From: Megasphaera elsdenii DSM 20460 | Lineage (GTDB): Bacteria; Bacillota; Negativicutes; Veillonellales; Megasphaeraceae | Reading direction: 5' to 3' | DNA length: 32,000 bases | Assembly: GCF_003010495.1 (NCBI RefSeq) | Contig: NZ_CP027570.1 | Coordinates: forward strand, 1,320,001-1,352,000 | Part shown: in pieces, positions 1 to 7,256 of the stretch | Layout: each line of letters opens with the position of its first letter | Numbering within the stretch: position 1 is the stretch's first letter | Position numbers and translations under genes: made by a program | Notes under the pieces: model-generated | What the model was told of the DNA's origin: nothing | The model's database searches: none | The model's input: the letters and a program-made list of their open reading frames with translations, nothing else

Positions 1-771
1 GAAAATATTCTCATGGCTGCATCCATGGCCGAAGGCAAGACGGTCCTGGAAAACGCAGCGGAAGAACCGGAAATCGTCGATCTGGCAACGTACCTCAACA
101 GTATGGGCGCCAATATCCGCGGTGCCGGCACCAATGTCATCCGCATCGAAGGCGTCAAGGAACTGCACGGTGCTAACCATGCCGTCATCCCCGACCGCAT
201 CGAAGCCGGTACTTTCATGGTCGGCGCGGCCATGACCCAGGGCAATGTCTTCGTAGAAAATGCCATTTCGGAACACTTGAAGCCTCTCATCTCCAAATTG
301 AAGGAAGTCGGCGCGGAAGTCCAGGAAGAAATCGACGGCATCCGCGTCATCGGCCACGCACCGCTTCGCCCGGCCGATATCAAGACCCTGCCCTATCCGG
401 GTTTCCCAACGGACATGCAGGCTCAGTTCATGGCCTTGACGACCATCTGCCAGGGCACGAGCGTCGTCACGGAAACGGTCTTTGAAAACCGCTTCATGCA
501 CGTCGATGAATTTAAGCGCATGGGAGCCAAGATCCGCATCGAAGGCCGCAGTGCCATCGTCGAAGGCGTTCCCCGGCTCAAAGGGGCTTCGGTCAACGCG
601 ACGGACTTGCGGGCCGGTGCTGCCTTAGTCCTGGCGGGTCTCGTAGCTGACGGGGAAACGGAAGTCGGCTATTTATACCATATCGACCGCGGTTATGATA
701 ATCTTGTATTGAAATTACAAAGGCTAGGTGCAGACATTGTTCGCGTCAATATTGAGGAAGAAGAAAACTAA
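1..771 (+). CDS. murA: UDP-N-acetylglucosamine 1-carboxyvinyltransferase (MurA), C-terminal part; the 5' end lies outside the window
   Basis: Frame 1 is open from base 1 ([44 protein letters not shown]...). Typical MurA motifs are present ([37 protein letters not shown]). Stop TAA at 769-771. Confidence 0.9.
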   Translation, partial: ENILMAASMAEGKTVLENAAEEPEIVDLATYLNSMGANIRGAGTNVIRIEGVKELHGANHAVIPDRIEAGTFMVGAAMTQGNVFVENAISEHLKPLISKLKEVGAEVQEEIDGIRVIGHAPLRPADIKTLPYPGFPTDMQAQFMALTTICQGTSVVTETVFENRFMHVDEFKRMGAKIRIEGRSAIVEGVPRLKGASVNATDLRAGAALVLAGLVADGETEVGYLYHIDRGYDNLVLKLQRLGADIVRVNIEEEEN

Positions 772-1825
772 GAAAAAAGTACAGCCGCCGAAACAGTCCC
801 ACTCGTTCTTTTTGGCCAACTGGTTCGGCAGCGACATCGCTATCGACTTGGGGACGGCCAACATCATCGTGTTCGTCAAGAACCGGGGAATCGTCGTCAA
901 TGAACCGGCCGTCATTGCCGTCGATACGATGGAGAATAAAGTCGTCGCCGTCGGCCGCGAAGCCCAGGCTATGCTGGGCCGGACGCCGCGCAACATCCAG
1001 GCCTACCATCCGCTTCGCAATGGTGTCATTGCCGACTACGATGCGACGGAATATATGCTGCGTTATTTCATCCGCAAGGCCATTGGCAAGGCGTTGATCT
1101 TTAAGCCCCGCGTCGTCATCTGCGTCCCATCGAGTGTCACCAACGTCGAACGGCGGGCCGTCATCGAAGCGGCTATGCAGGCCGGCGCCCGCAAGACGAC
1201 AGTCATGGAAGAGCCGTTGGCAGCGGCTATCGGTGCCGGTCTGGACATTGCCACGTCCAATGGTTCCATGGTCGTCGATATGGGCGGCGGAACGACGGAC
1301 GTCGCCGTCCTCAGCCTGAGCGGCGTCGTCATCAGTGAATCCCTGCGTATCGGCAGCAATACCTTCGATGAAGCAATTATCCGCTACCTGGAAAAGATCA
1401 AGCACGTCGCCATCGGCCAGCACACGGCGGAAGAACTGAAAATCCTCATCGGTACGGCTATGGGCGACGGCCGGCGCATGACGGCCGACGTCCGCGGCCG
1501 CAGTACGGAAACGGGCCTGCCCACGTCGGTAGACATCGATTCCCAGGAAATCCGCCAGGCCTTGGATGAACCCATCCAGACCGTCCTCAAGACGATCGTT
1601 TCCATCTTGGAAAAGACGCCGCCTGAACTGGCTGCGGATATTGCCGACCACGGCATCGTCCTCACCGGCGGCGGATTGCTCCTCGATAGCTTCGACCGCC
1701 TCATTTCCCAGACGACAGGCATGGCAGCTTATCTCTGTGATGATCCCCTGTTATGCGTTGCCAACGGAGCCGGCAAGGCTTTACGGGAAATGGACCGCTT
1801 AAAAGATAGTTTTGATGATTTATAA
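728..1825 (+). CDS. mreB: Rod-shape-determining actin homolog MreB/Mbl
   Basis: Actin/HSP70-fold motifs are present: [58 protein letters not shown]. The start is uncertain. GTG 728 overlaps murA by 44 nt and adds a Lys-rich extension. TTG 812 would give [14 protein letters not shown], the usual MreB N-terminal length, but has no clear Shine-Dalgarno sequence. Confidence 0.88.
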   Translation: MQTLFASILRKKKTKKKVQPPKQSHSFFLANWFGSDIAIDLGTANIIVFVKNRGIVVNEPAVIAVDTMENKVVAVGREAQAMLGRTPRNIQAYHPLRNGVIADYDATEYMLRYFIRKAIGKALIFKPRVVICVPSSVTNVERRAVIEAAMQAGARKTTVMEEPLAAAIGAGLDIATSNGSMVVDMGGGTTDVAVLSLSGVVISESLRIGSNTFDEAIIRYLEKIKHVAIGQHTAEELKILIGTAMGDGRRMTADVRGRSTETGLPTSVDIDSQEIRQALDEPIQTVLKTIVSILEKTPPELAADIADHGIVLTGGGLLLDSFDRLISQTTGMAAYLCDDPLLCVANGAGKALREMDRLKDSFDDL

Positions 1826-1868
1826 AGGGCTCCGTCACTGGACGGAGCGGAAAAAGGAGGGAGCCGTC

Positions 1869-2159
1869 ATGAAAAAGTTTCGCAAACTCGCCGTATTAGC
1901 CGGGTTAGCAGGCCTGATGGCTATGCCAGCCGCAGCTGCTGATGTATCGTATACGACGGTATTGAGCGGCAGCGTCGTCAGCGTAGCCCCTGTCGGTGCA
2001 ACCGTGAAAGAGGGAGATGCCCTGCTTACGGTAAATTCCCTGGCCGGCCCGATGCCGGCTGCCCGTTCTGACAAGGAAGGTGTCGTCAAGACCGTCCTCG
2101 TTCAGCCGGGATCACAAGTGCAGCAAGGCGCCGTTGTCGTCGTGGTGGAAACGAAATGA
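1869..2159 (+). CDS. Exported small protein with a biotinyl/lipoyl-like (barrel-sandwich hybrid) domain lacking the modifiable lysine
   Basis: ATG 1869 follows the RBS AAAAGGAGGGAG. The signal peptide is MKKFRKLAVLAGLAGLMAMPAAAA. The mature part (VLSGSVVSVAPVGATVKEGDALLTVNSLAGPMPAARSDKEGVVKTVLVQPGSQVQQGAVVVVVE) follows the BCCP/lipoyl pattern, but the position of the E-A-M-K-M hairpin reads NSLAGPM. The stop overlaps the next start (ATGA at 2156-2159). Confidence 0.6.
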   Translation: MKKFRKLAVLAGLAGLMAMPAAAADVSYTTVLSGSVVSVAPVGATVKEGDALLTVNSLAGPMPAARSDKEGVVKTVLVQPGSQVQQGAVVVVVETK

Positions 2160-4186
2160 GATACACCCTGATGCAGAAATTCTCCGCCTTGCGGCGTACG
2201 TTGGGCCGGGTCTGTCTGACCGCGGCCCTTTCCTGTATCCTGGCCATTTCGGCGCAGGCACAGGGATTCATGAATGTCAGTGAAGTCCAGCCGGGCATGA
2301 CGGGCTACGCCAAGACCGTCGTCCACGGCACGACTATCGATACGTTCCCTGTCGAAATCTTAGGGGTCATGAAGAACAGCGGCCCGTCAGGGGATTTGAT
2401 CCTGGCCAAGTTTTCCGGACCCCTCATCGAAGAAACGGGCGGCATTGCCCAGGGCATGAGCGGCAGTCCGGTTTATATCAATGGCAAACTCCTCGGTGCC
2501 GTCGCTTACGGCTGGTCCTTTACCAATTCCCGTGTCGGCATGATTACGCCCATCAATGACATGCTCAAGCTCTGGAATGTGCCGACGAAAGAAGAAATCC
2601 GGCCTTTCAATGCCCGCGAATCGTCGCTCATCCCCATTGCGACGCCCCTCATGACGTCGGGCTTCGACAGCTTGTCGACGGCGTGGATGCAGAGCAAACT
2701 GCCGAATTACAACTTCATGCCCGTCGATACGGCCTCGGCCAGCAGCGACAGTACGGCCCTTCCTCTGGAACCGGGCAGCAGTGTCGCCGCGGCTTTCGTC
2801 AACGGCGATATGAAGATGGGGGCTATCGGGACCGTGACCTACGTCGATAACGACCACATCGTCGCCTTCGGCCATCCTTTCCTGAAAAAGGGCAGCATCA
2901 ACTATTTCATGCACAACGCCTACATCTTCACAATCGTCAATAACCTGTCCAGTTCCTTCAAGCTCGGTTCTATTGGAGCCGAAGTCGGCAAGATCACCCA
3001 GGACCGCGGCGCCGGTATCGGCGGCCAGTACGGCTATCTGGCACCGGGCATCCCGGTCGTCATCAAGGCCCGGGATACGGATACGGACACGGCCATGACC
3101 AAGCGCGTCAAGATCATCGAAGACAATGAGCTGACGCCGGTCCTGGCAGCCACGACGGTATATAATACGGTCAACAAGACCATCGACCGCACGGGCGGCG
3201 GCACGGCGACCTTGTCCTATACGATCCGCTCTTCCAATGGCCGCGATAAGGATATTACCCGGCACAACATGTATTATTCCGAAGATAACATCAACGAGAA
3301 GAGCATCGATGAACTCTATAATGTGCTCGATATCTTGAAGCACAACGAATTTATCGACTATCCGATTTTGGACATCAATATGACCGTCGACATCACCCAG
3401 GCCCGCAAGTCGGCGACCATCGTCGATGCGTCGGCAGCACCTGTCGTCGTCAGCCCGGGCGATACGGTTTACTTCAAGGTCAAGCTCCATCCCTACCGCG
3501 GTGTCGATGAAGTGAAGACCATGAGCTTCACTGTCCCCAAGAACCAGCCCTTAGGCGATATGACCCTGGAAGTCCGCGGCGGCGGTGTCATCCCCCTGCC
3601 GTATCTCATCGAAAAACAGCGGTACAACCTGACCGATGAAATCGTCCAGCGCCTGCGCCACTATAAGGATTTCAAGGAACTGAAGAAGGAAATCGAAAAA
3701 GAAGACGCCAATAATGACCTGGTCATCGAAATCCTCAGCCAGGGCGTCAGCATGATCAATGAAAATGGCACGAAAGTGCGAAAAGAAAAGATCCGCGGCA
3801 AGGAACCGGGAACCCAGGCCAAGGATGTCGTCAAGCCGGGCAAACACGCCATGGGCGATGACAACCCAAATGATGCCAAATCTTCTATCCCGACGCCGTA
3901 CATCGTCAAAGGCGACGGCCAGATCACCATCAAAGTCGTCACGCCGGAAAAACGCGATGCTTATTTAGCCAAGAACCACAACATCAACGAAGCGAAAGCC
4001 GTCATCGGTGACGATACAGACGGTACGTCCCAGGATGATGAACTGGTCAAAGCGGATAAGAACGGCGACGACAATAAAGATACGGGAAAGAAGGATGACA
4101 AGGGAAACGACAAGAAACCCGACAAAGGCCAGGATAAAAAATCGGCCGAACCCATCCGCACGGTCGACCTGGATATGTTCCACTAG
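2156..4186 (+). CDS. SpoIVB-type peptidase S55 domain protein (no PDZ domain) with a long C-terminal extension and a Lys/Asp-rich tail
   Basis: N-terminal signal peptide (LTAALSCILAISAQAQG). The S55 core resembles SpoIVB around the catalytic serine (GGIAQGMSGSPVYINGKLLGAVAYGW). About 450 aa of unassigned sequence follow. The tail is low complexity (KNGDDNKDTGKKDDKGNDKKPDKGQDKK). Confidence 0.8.
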   Translation: MRYTLMQKFSALRRTLGRVCLTAALSCILAISAQAQGFMNVSEVQPGMTGYAKTVVHGTTIDTFPVEILGVMKNSGPSGDLILAKFSGPLIEETGGIAQGMSGSPVYINGKLLGAVAYGWSFTNSRVGMITPINDMLKLWNVPTKEEIRPFNARESSLIPIATPLMTSGFDSLSTAWMQSKLPNYNFMPVDTASASSDSTALPLEPGSSVAAAFVNGDMKMGAIGTVTYVDNDHIVAFGHPFLKKGSINYFMHNAYIFTIVNNLSSSFKLGSIGAEVGKITQDRGAGIGGQYGYLAPGIPVVIKARDTDTDTAMTKRVKIIEDNELTPVLAATTVYNTVNKTIDRTGGGTATLSYTIRSSNGRDKDITRHNMYYSEDNINEKSIDELYNVLDILKHNEFIDYPILDINMTVDITQARKSATIVDASAAPVVVSPGDTVYFKVKLHPYRGVDEVKTMSFTVPKNQPLGDMTLEVRGGGVIPLPYLIEKQRYNLTDEIVQRLRHYKDFKELKKEIEKEDANNDLVIEILSQGVSMINENGTKVRKEKIRGKEPGTQAKDVVKPGKHAMGDDNPNDAKSSIPTPYIVKGDGQITIKVVTPEKRDAYLAKNHNINEAKAVIGDDTDGTSQDDELVKADKNGDDNKDTGKKDDKGNDKKPDKGQDKKSAEPIRTVDLDMFH

Positions 4187-4192
4187 CTGTTC

Positions 4193-4254
4193 GTAGGGGA
4201 CACACAAAGGGCGTCCCGCTGGTCGCAGGCCGCAGTCGGCGGCCCGTCCCTATC
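4193..4254. repeat. GC-rich GTAGGGG-type hairpin repeat (REP-like), degenerate copy plus an inverted partial copy
   Basis: The sequence is gtaggggacacacaaagggcgtcccgct...ggcggcccgtcccta. It shares the pattern GTAGGGG-N-CG..CCC-loop-GGGCG-N-CCCGCT with copies at 13366, 27261, 29731 and 29788. It lies between the stop of the S55 peptidase gene and its terminator. Confidence 0.55.
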
Positions 4255-4258
4255 CACT

Positions 4259-4296
4259 AAAAAAGGCGCTGTCTTCATATGACAGCGCCTTTTCCC
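4259..4296 (+). terminator. Rho-independent terminator after the S55 peptidase gene
   Basis: Perfect stem aaaaggcgctgtc (4261-4273) / gacagcgcctttt (4281-4293), with a 7-nt loop and a T-run. Confidence 0.8.
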
Positions 4297-4406
4297 TTGC
4301 CATTTTTCGCATAAAATGCTATTATTTTAGCTATGGAAAACTAAAATTTGAATTTGAGTTTTCTTCTTTTGTTTCTCACAATTTAGGCACAATTGAATCC
4401 AAATGT

Positions 4407-4434
4407 TTTACATCCATTTTTTATATGGTATAGT
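4407..4434 (+). promoter_or_regulatory. Sigma-70-type promoter candidate for mlaEFD (extended -10)
   Basis: TTTACA (4407-4412), 16-nt spacer, TGgTATAGT (-10 hexamer 4429-4434), about 37 nt upstream of the mlaE ATG. A second candidate lies further upstream: TTGCCA 4297-4302, 17 nt, TATTAT 4320-4325. Confidence 0.45.
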
Positions 4435-4470
4435 AAAGTAGTATCATACTTACAGAAAGGACGGTCTTTC

Positions 4471-5235
4471 ATGCAGGAAATCCTGGAAGGCATCGGCCAG
4501 TTTACGCTCCATGTCTTTGAACAAGTCGGCGTCATTGCCATCCTCTTTGGCCAGACCTTGCGTCAGCTGCCCAAGATCCAGCGCCGCCTGACCATCGCCC
4601 AGATGGCTCATCTCGGCGTCAATTCCCTGCCTATCGTCAGTCTGACCCTGCTCTTTGCCGGCATGGTCATGACCTTGCAGATCGTCGATATCCTGTTGCG
4701 CTATGGCGCCCAGTCGACGCTGGGCGGCGTCATGTCGGTCGCCATGGGCCGTGAACTCGGCCCGATTTTGACGGGCGTCGTCATGGCCGGCCGCGTCGGT
4801 GCGGCCATGACGGCAGAAATCGGGACGATGAAGGTTACGGAACAGATCGATGCCCTGCGCTGCATGGCCGTCAATCCCATTGCCTACCTCGTCGTACCGC
4901 GCTTCGTGGCCTGTGTCGTCATGGTGCCTATCCTGGCCTTTTACGGCTATGTCATCGGTACGGCCGGCGGTTACGGTGTAGCGACGCTAGGCGCCGGGCT
5001 CACGCATTTTACGTATATTAATTCCATTGAAATCTTTACCGAAGTGAGCGATGTCGTCTACGGTCTCATCAAGGCCATGTTCTTTGGCGGCATCATCGCT
5101 CTCGTCGCCTGTAATGAAGGCATGCATGCCAAGAGCGGTGCTGAAGGGGTCGGCCAGGCGACGACGAAGTCCGTCGTCACGTCGATTATTTTTATTTTTA
5201 TCTGCAATTATATCTTATCAGTTCTATTGTATTGA
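4471..5235 (+). CDS. mlaE: Phospholipid ABC transporter permease MlaE (YrbE/Ttg2B family)
   Basis: ATG 4471 follows the RBS AGAAAGGA. The protein is polytopic with the conserved MlaE core MGRELGPILTGVVMAGRVGAAMTAEIGTMKVTEQIDAL. The longer TTG 4393 start has no RBS and adds non-conserved residues. Confidence 0.9.
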   Translation: MQEILEGIGQFTLHVFEQVGVIAILFGQTLRQLPKIQRRLTIAQMAHLGVNSLPIVSLTLLFAGMVMTLQIVDILLRYGAQSTLGGVMSVAMGRELGPILTGVVMAGRVGAAMTAEIGTMKVTEQIDALRCMAVNPIAYLVVPRFVACVVMVPILAFYGYVIGTAGGYGVATLGAGLTHFTYINSIEIFTEVSDVVYGLIKAMFFGGIIALVACNEGMHAKSGAEGVGQATTKSVVTSIIFIFICNYILSVLLY

Positions 5236-5243
5236 GGAGCGCT

Positions 5244-5996
5244 ATGATCCGTCTTCGCGATGTGACCGTCGCCTATGGCGACCGGGTCATACTAGACAAC
5301 ATCAATTTAGACATCCATCAGGGCGAAACGCTGGCCATCCTCGGTGCCAGCGGCTCGGGCAAGAGTACGATCCTGCGCCTGATCATCGGGTTGCAGAAGC
5401 CGACGAAAGGGCAGGTCTTCTTTCATGATGAAGACATTACCGCCTTAGATGAAGAACAGCTGACAGCCGTGCGCCGCCACATGGGCATGGTCTTTCAGTA
5501 TTCGGCCCTCTTCGATTCCATGACCGTCGGCGAGAACGTCGCCTTTGGCCTGCGCCAGCATACGAAAGACGATGAAGCGACGATTCAGCGCATCGTCAAG
5601 GAAAAGTTGCGCCTCGTCGGCCTGGAAGGCATTGAAGACATGATGCCCAACGACTTGTCCGGCGGCATGAAGAAGCGTGTCAGCCTGGCCCGGGCCATCG
5701 CCCTGGACCCGCAGGTCATCCTTTACGACGAACCGACAGCCGGCCTGGACCCGCTGCGCTGTATGGATATCAACCGTCTGGTCGTCAGTATGCAGAAGCA
5801 GATCCATGCGACGTCAGTCATCGTCACCCATGATATGGACTCGGCTTTTTACGTCGCTGACCGCCTGGCTTATTTACAAGATGGGCGCTTCCGGCTCATA
5901 GCCGATAAAAAGACCTTTGCCCATACACAAGATGAGGAAGTGCAGCGCTTTATCCACGGCGGGCGTCTTCCGGAAGAAAGAGGGGATAGCCTATGA
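5244..5996 (+). CDS. mlaF: Phospholipid ABC transporter ATP-binding protein MlaF
   Basis: Walker A GASGSGKST, ABC signature LSGGMKKRVSLARA, Walker B VILYDEPTAGLD, H-loop VTHD. ATG 5244 lies after GAGGAG; TTG 5232 is the alternative start and overlaps the mlaE stop. Confidence 0.9.
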   Translation: MIRLRDVTVAYGDRVILDNINLDIHQGETLAILGASGSGKSTILRLIIGLQKPTKGQVFFHDEDITALDEEQLTAVRRHMGMVFQYSALFDSMTVGENVAFGLRQHTKDDEATIQRIVKEKLRLVGLEGIEDMMPNDLSGGMKKRVSLARAIALDPQVILYDEPTAGLDPLRCMDINRLVVSMQKQIHATSVIVTHDMDSAFYVADRLAYLQDGRFRLIADKKTFAHTQDEEVQRFIHGGRLPEERGDSL

Positions 5997-7228
5997 AGTG
6001 GAGTGCAGAAGCGAAGGTCGGCCTGGTCACCATCGTCGGCGTCCTCGTCTTTACCTTTGTCGTCCTGACCCTGGCCCATGCTGAAATCTTCGGCAAGCCG
6101 GGCTTCGTCATCCATACGGAATTTAAAGATGCCAATGGCCTGCAAAAGGGCAATTCCGTCCGCTATGTCGGTGTCCACGTCGGCAAAGTCGAAAGCGTGA
6201 AACCGTCCCGCGACGGCGTCGATGTGGCTATGAAGCTGGAAAAGGGGACGGAAATCCCGCGTGATTCCAAAGTGACGATTACGACGGATGGCCTCCTCGG
6301 TGAAAAAATCGTAGCCATTACGCCGGGCAATGACAAGAACCACCTCCTCGCCGATGGCGATTACATCGACGGCAGCCAGGGCAAGACCATGGACGATATG
6401 ATGGACAGTGCCGGCAAGCTCATGGGCAGTGCCGACGACATGGTGAAGAACATCAATGCCATCATCGGCGACGAAAAGACACAGGCTGCCATGCGCGGTT
6501 CCATCCAGAACATCGATGCCATTACGGGCAAGACCAGTCAGATGATGGATGCCAATGCCGGCAATATCCAGCAGATTACGGCCAATATGGCGGCCATGAC
6601 AGCTCAGATGAACGCGTCCATGCAGAACCTCGATGGCGATGGCGCGGCTTCGGCCAATGTCCGGGCGACGGCGGCCAACATGAAGCAGATCACGGACCGT
6701 TTCCAGACCATTGCCCAGTCGATGGAAAAGATGACGACGGATCCGCAGACCCAGGCCAATATTCAGACGACGCTGAATAACACGGCCCAGATTACGACGA
6801 AAGTGAATAAAATCCTCGGCGGCACTTCGGACATCAAAGTCCAGGGGGAGGCCGGGCTCCTATATAATACGACGAAGAATGAGACCAGCGGCACTGTAAA
6901 TTTTAAGGTGTACCGTGGCGATACGTTTGGCCTCGTCGGGGCAGAGAACATCGGCAACGGTACGAACCTCAACCTGCAGTATGGCCGCCGGGGCCGCCTG
7001 TTCGACACGCGGGCTGGCCTGATCAACGGCGACCTCGGTGCCGGCTTCGACTTCTTCCAGGACGGGCCTTTCCGCCTGTCCCTGGAAGGATACGATCCCG
7101 ATGACTGGCGCTTCCGCCTGAAAGCCCAGTACCGCCTGACGCCGGACCTCTATCTCTTCAGCCAGTTCACGCGGCCTATGAGTCGCAGTGACGGTGGCAA
7201 TTATTATGGTATTAGTTACGCTTTTTAG
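5993..7228 (+). CDS. mlaD: MlaD (MCE-domain) protein with a long helical region and a beta-barrel-like C-terminal domain
   Basis: ATGA overlap with mlaF. N-terminal TM anchor (GLVTIVGVLVFTFVVLTLA). MCE domain (FKDANGLQKGNSVRYVGVHVGKVESV...ITTDGLLGEKIV). Met/Gln/Asn/Ala-rich helical segment. The last ~130 aa show an alternating beta pattern and end ...NYYGISYAF, an OMP-like aromatic C-terminus. Confidence 0.85.
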   Translation: MKWSAEAKVGLVTIVGVLVFTFVVLTLAHAEIFGKPGFVIHTEFKDANGLQKGNSVRYVGVHVGKVESVKPSRDGVDVAMKLEKGTEIPRDSKVTITTDGLLGEKIVAITPGNDKNHLLADGDYIDGSQGKTMDDMMDSAGKLMGSADDMVKNINAIIGDEKTQAAMRGSIQNIDAITGKTSQMMDANAGNIQQITANMAAMTAQMNASMQNLDGDGAASANVRATAANMKQITDRFQTIAQSMEKMTTDPQTQANIQTTLNNTAQITTKVNKILGGTSDIKVQGEAGLLYNTTKNETSGTVNFKVYRGDTFGLVGAENIGNGTNLNLQYGRRGRLFDTRAGLINGDLGAGFDFFQDGPFRLSLEGYDPDDWRFRLKAQYRLTPDLYLFSQFTRPMSRSDGGNYYGISYAF

Positions 7229-7256
7229 CAGATTATAGAAATAAACGGGGGTACCC

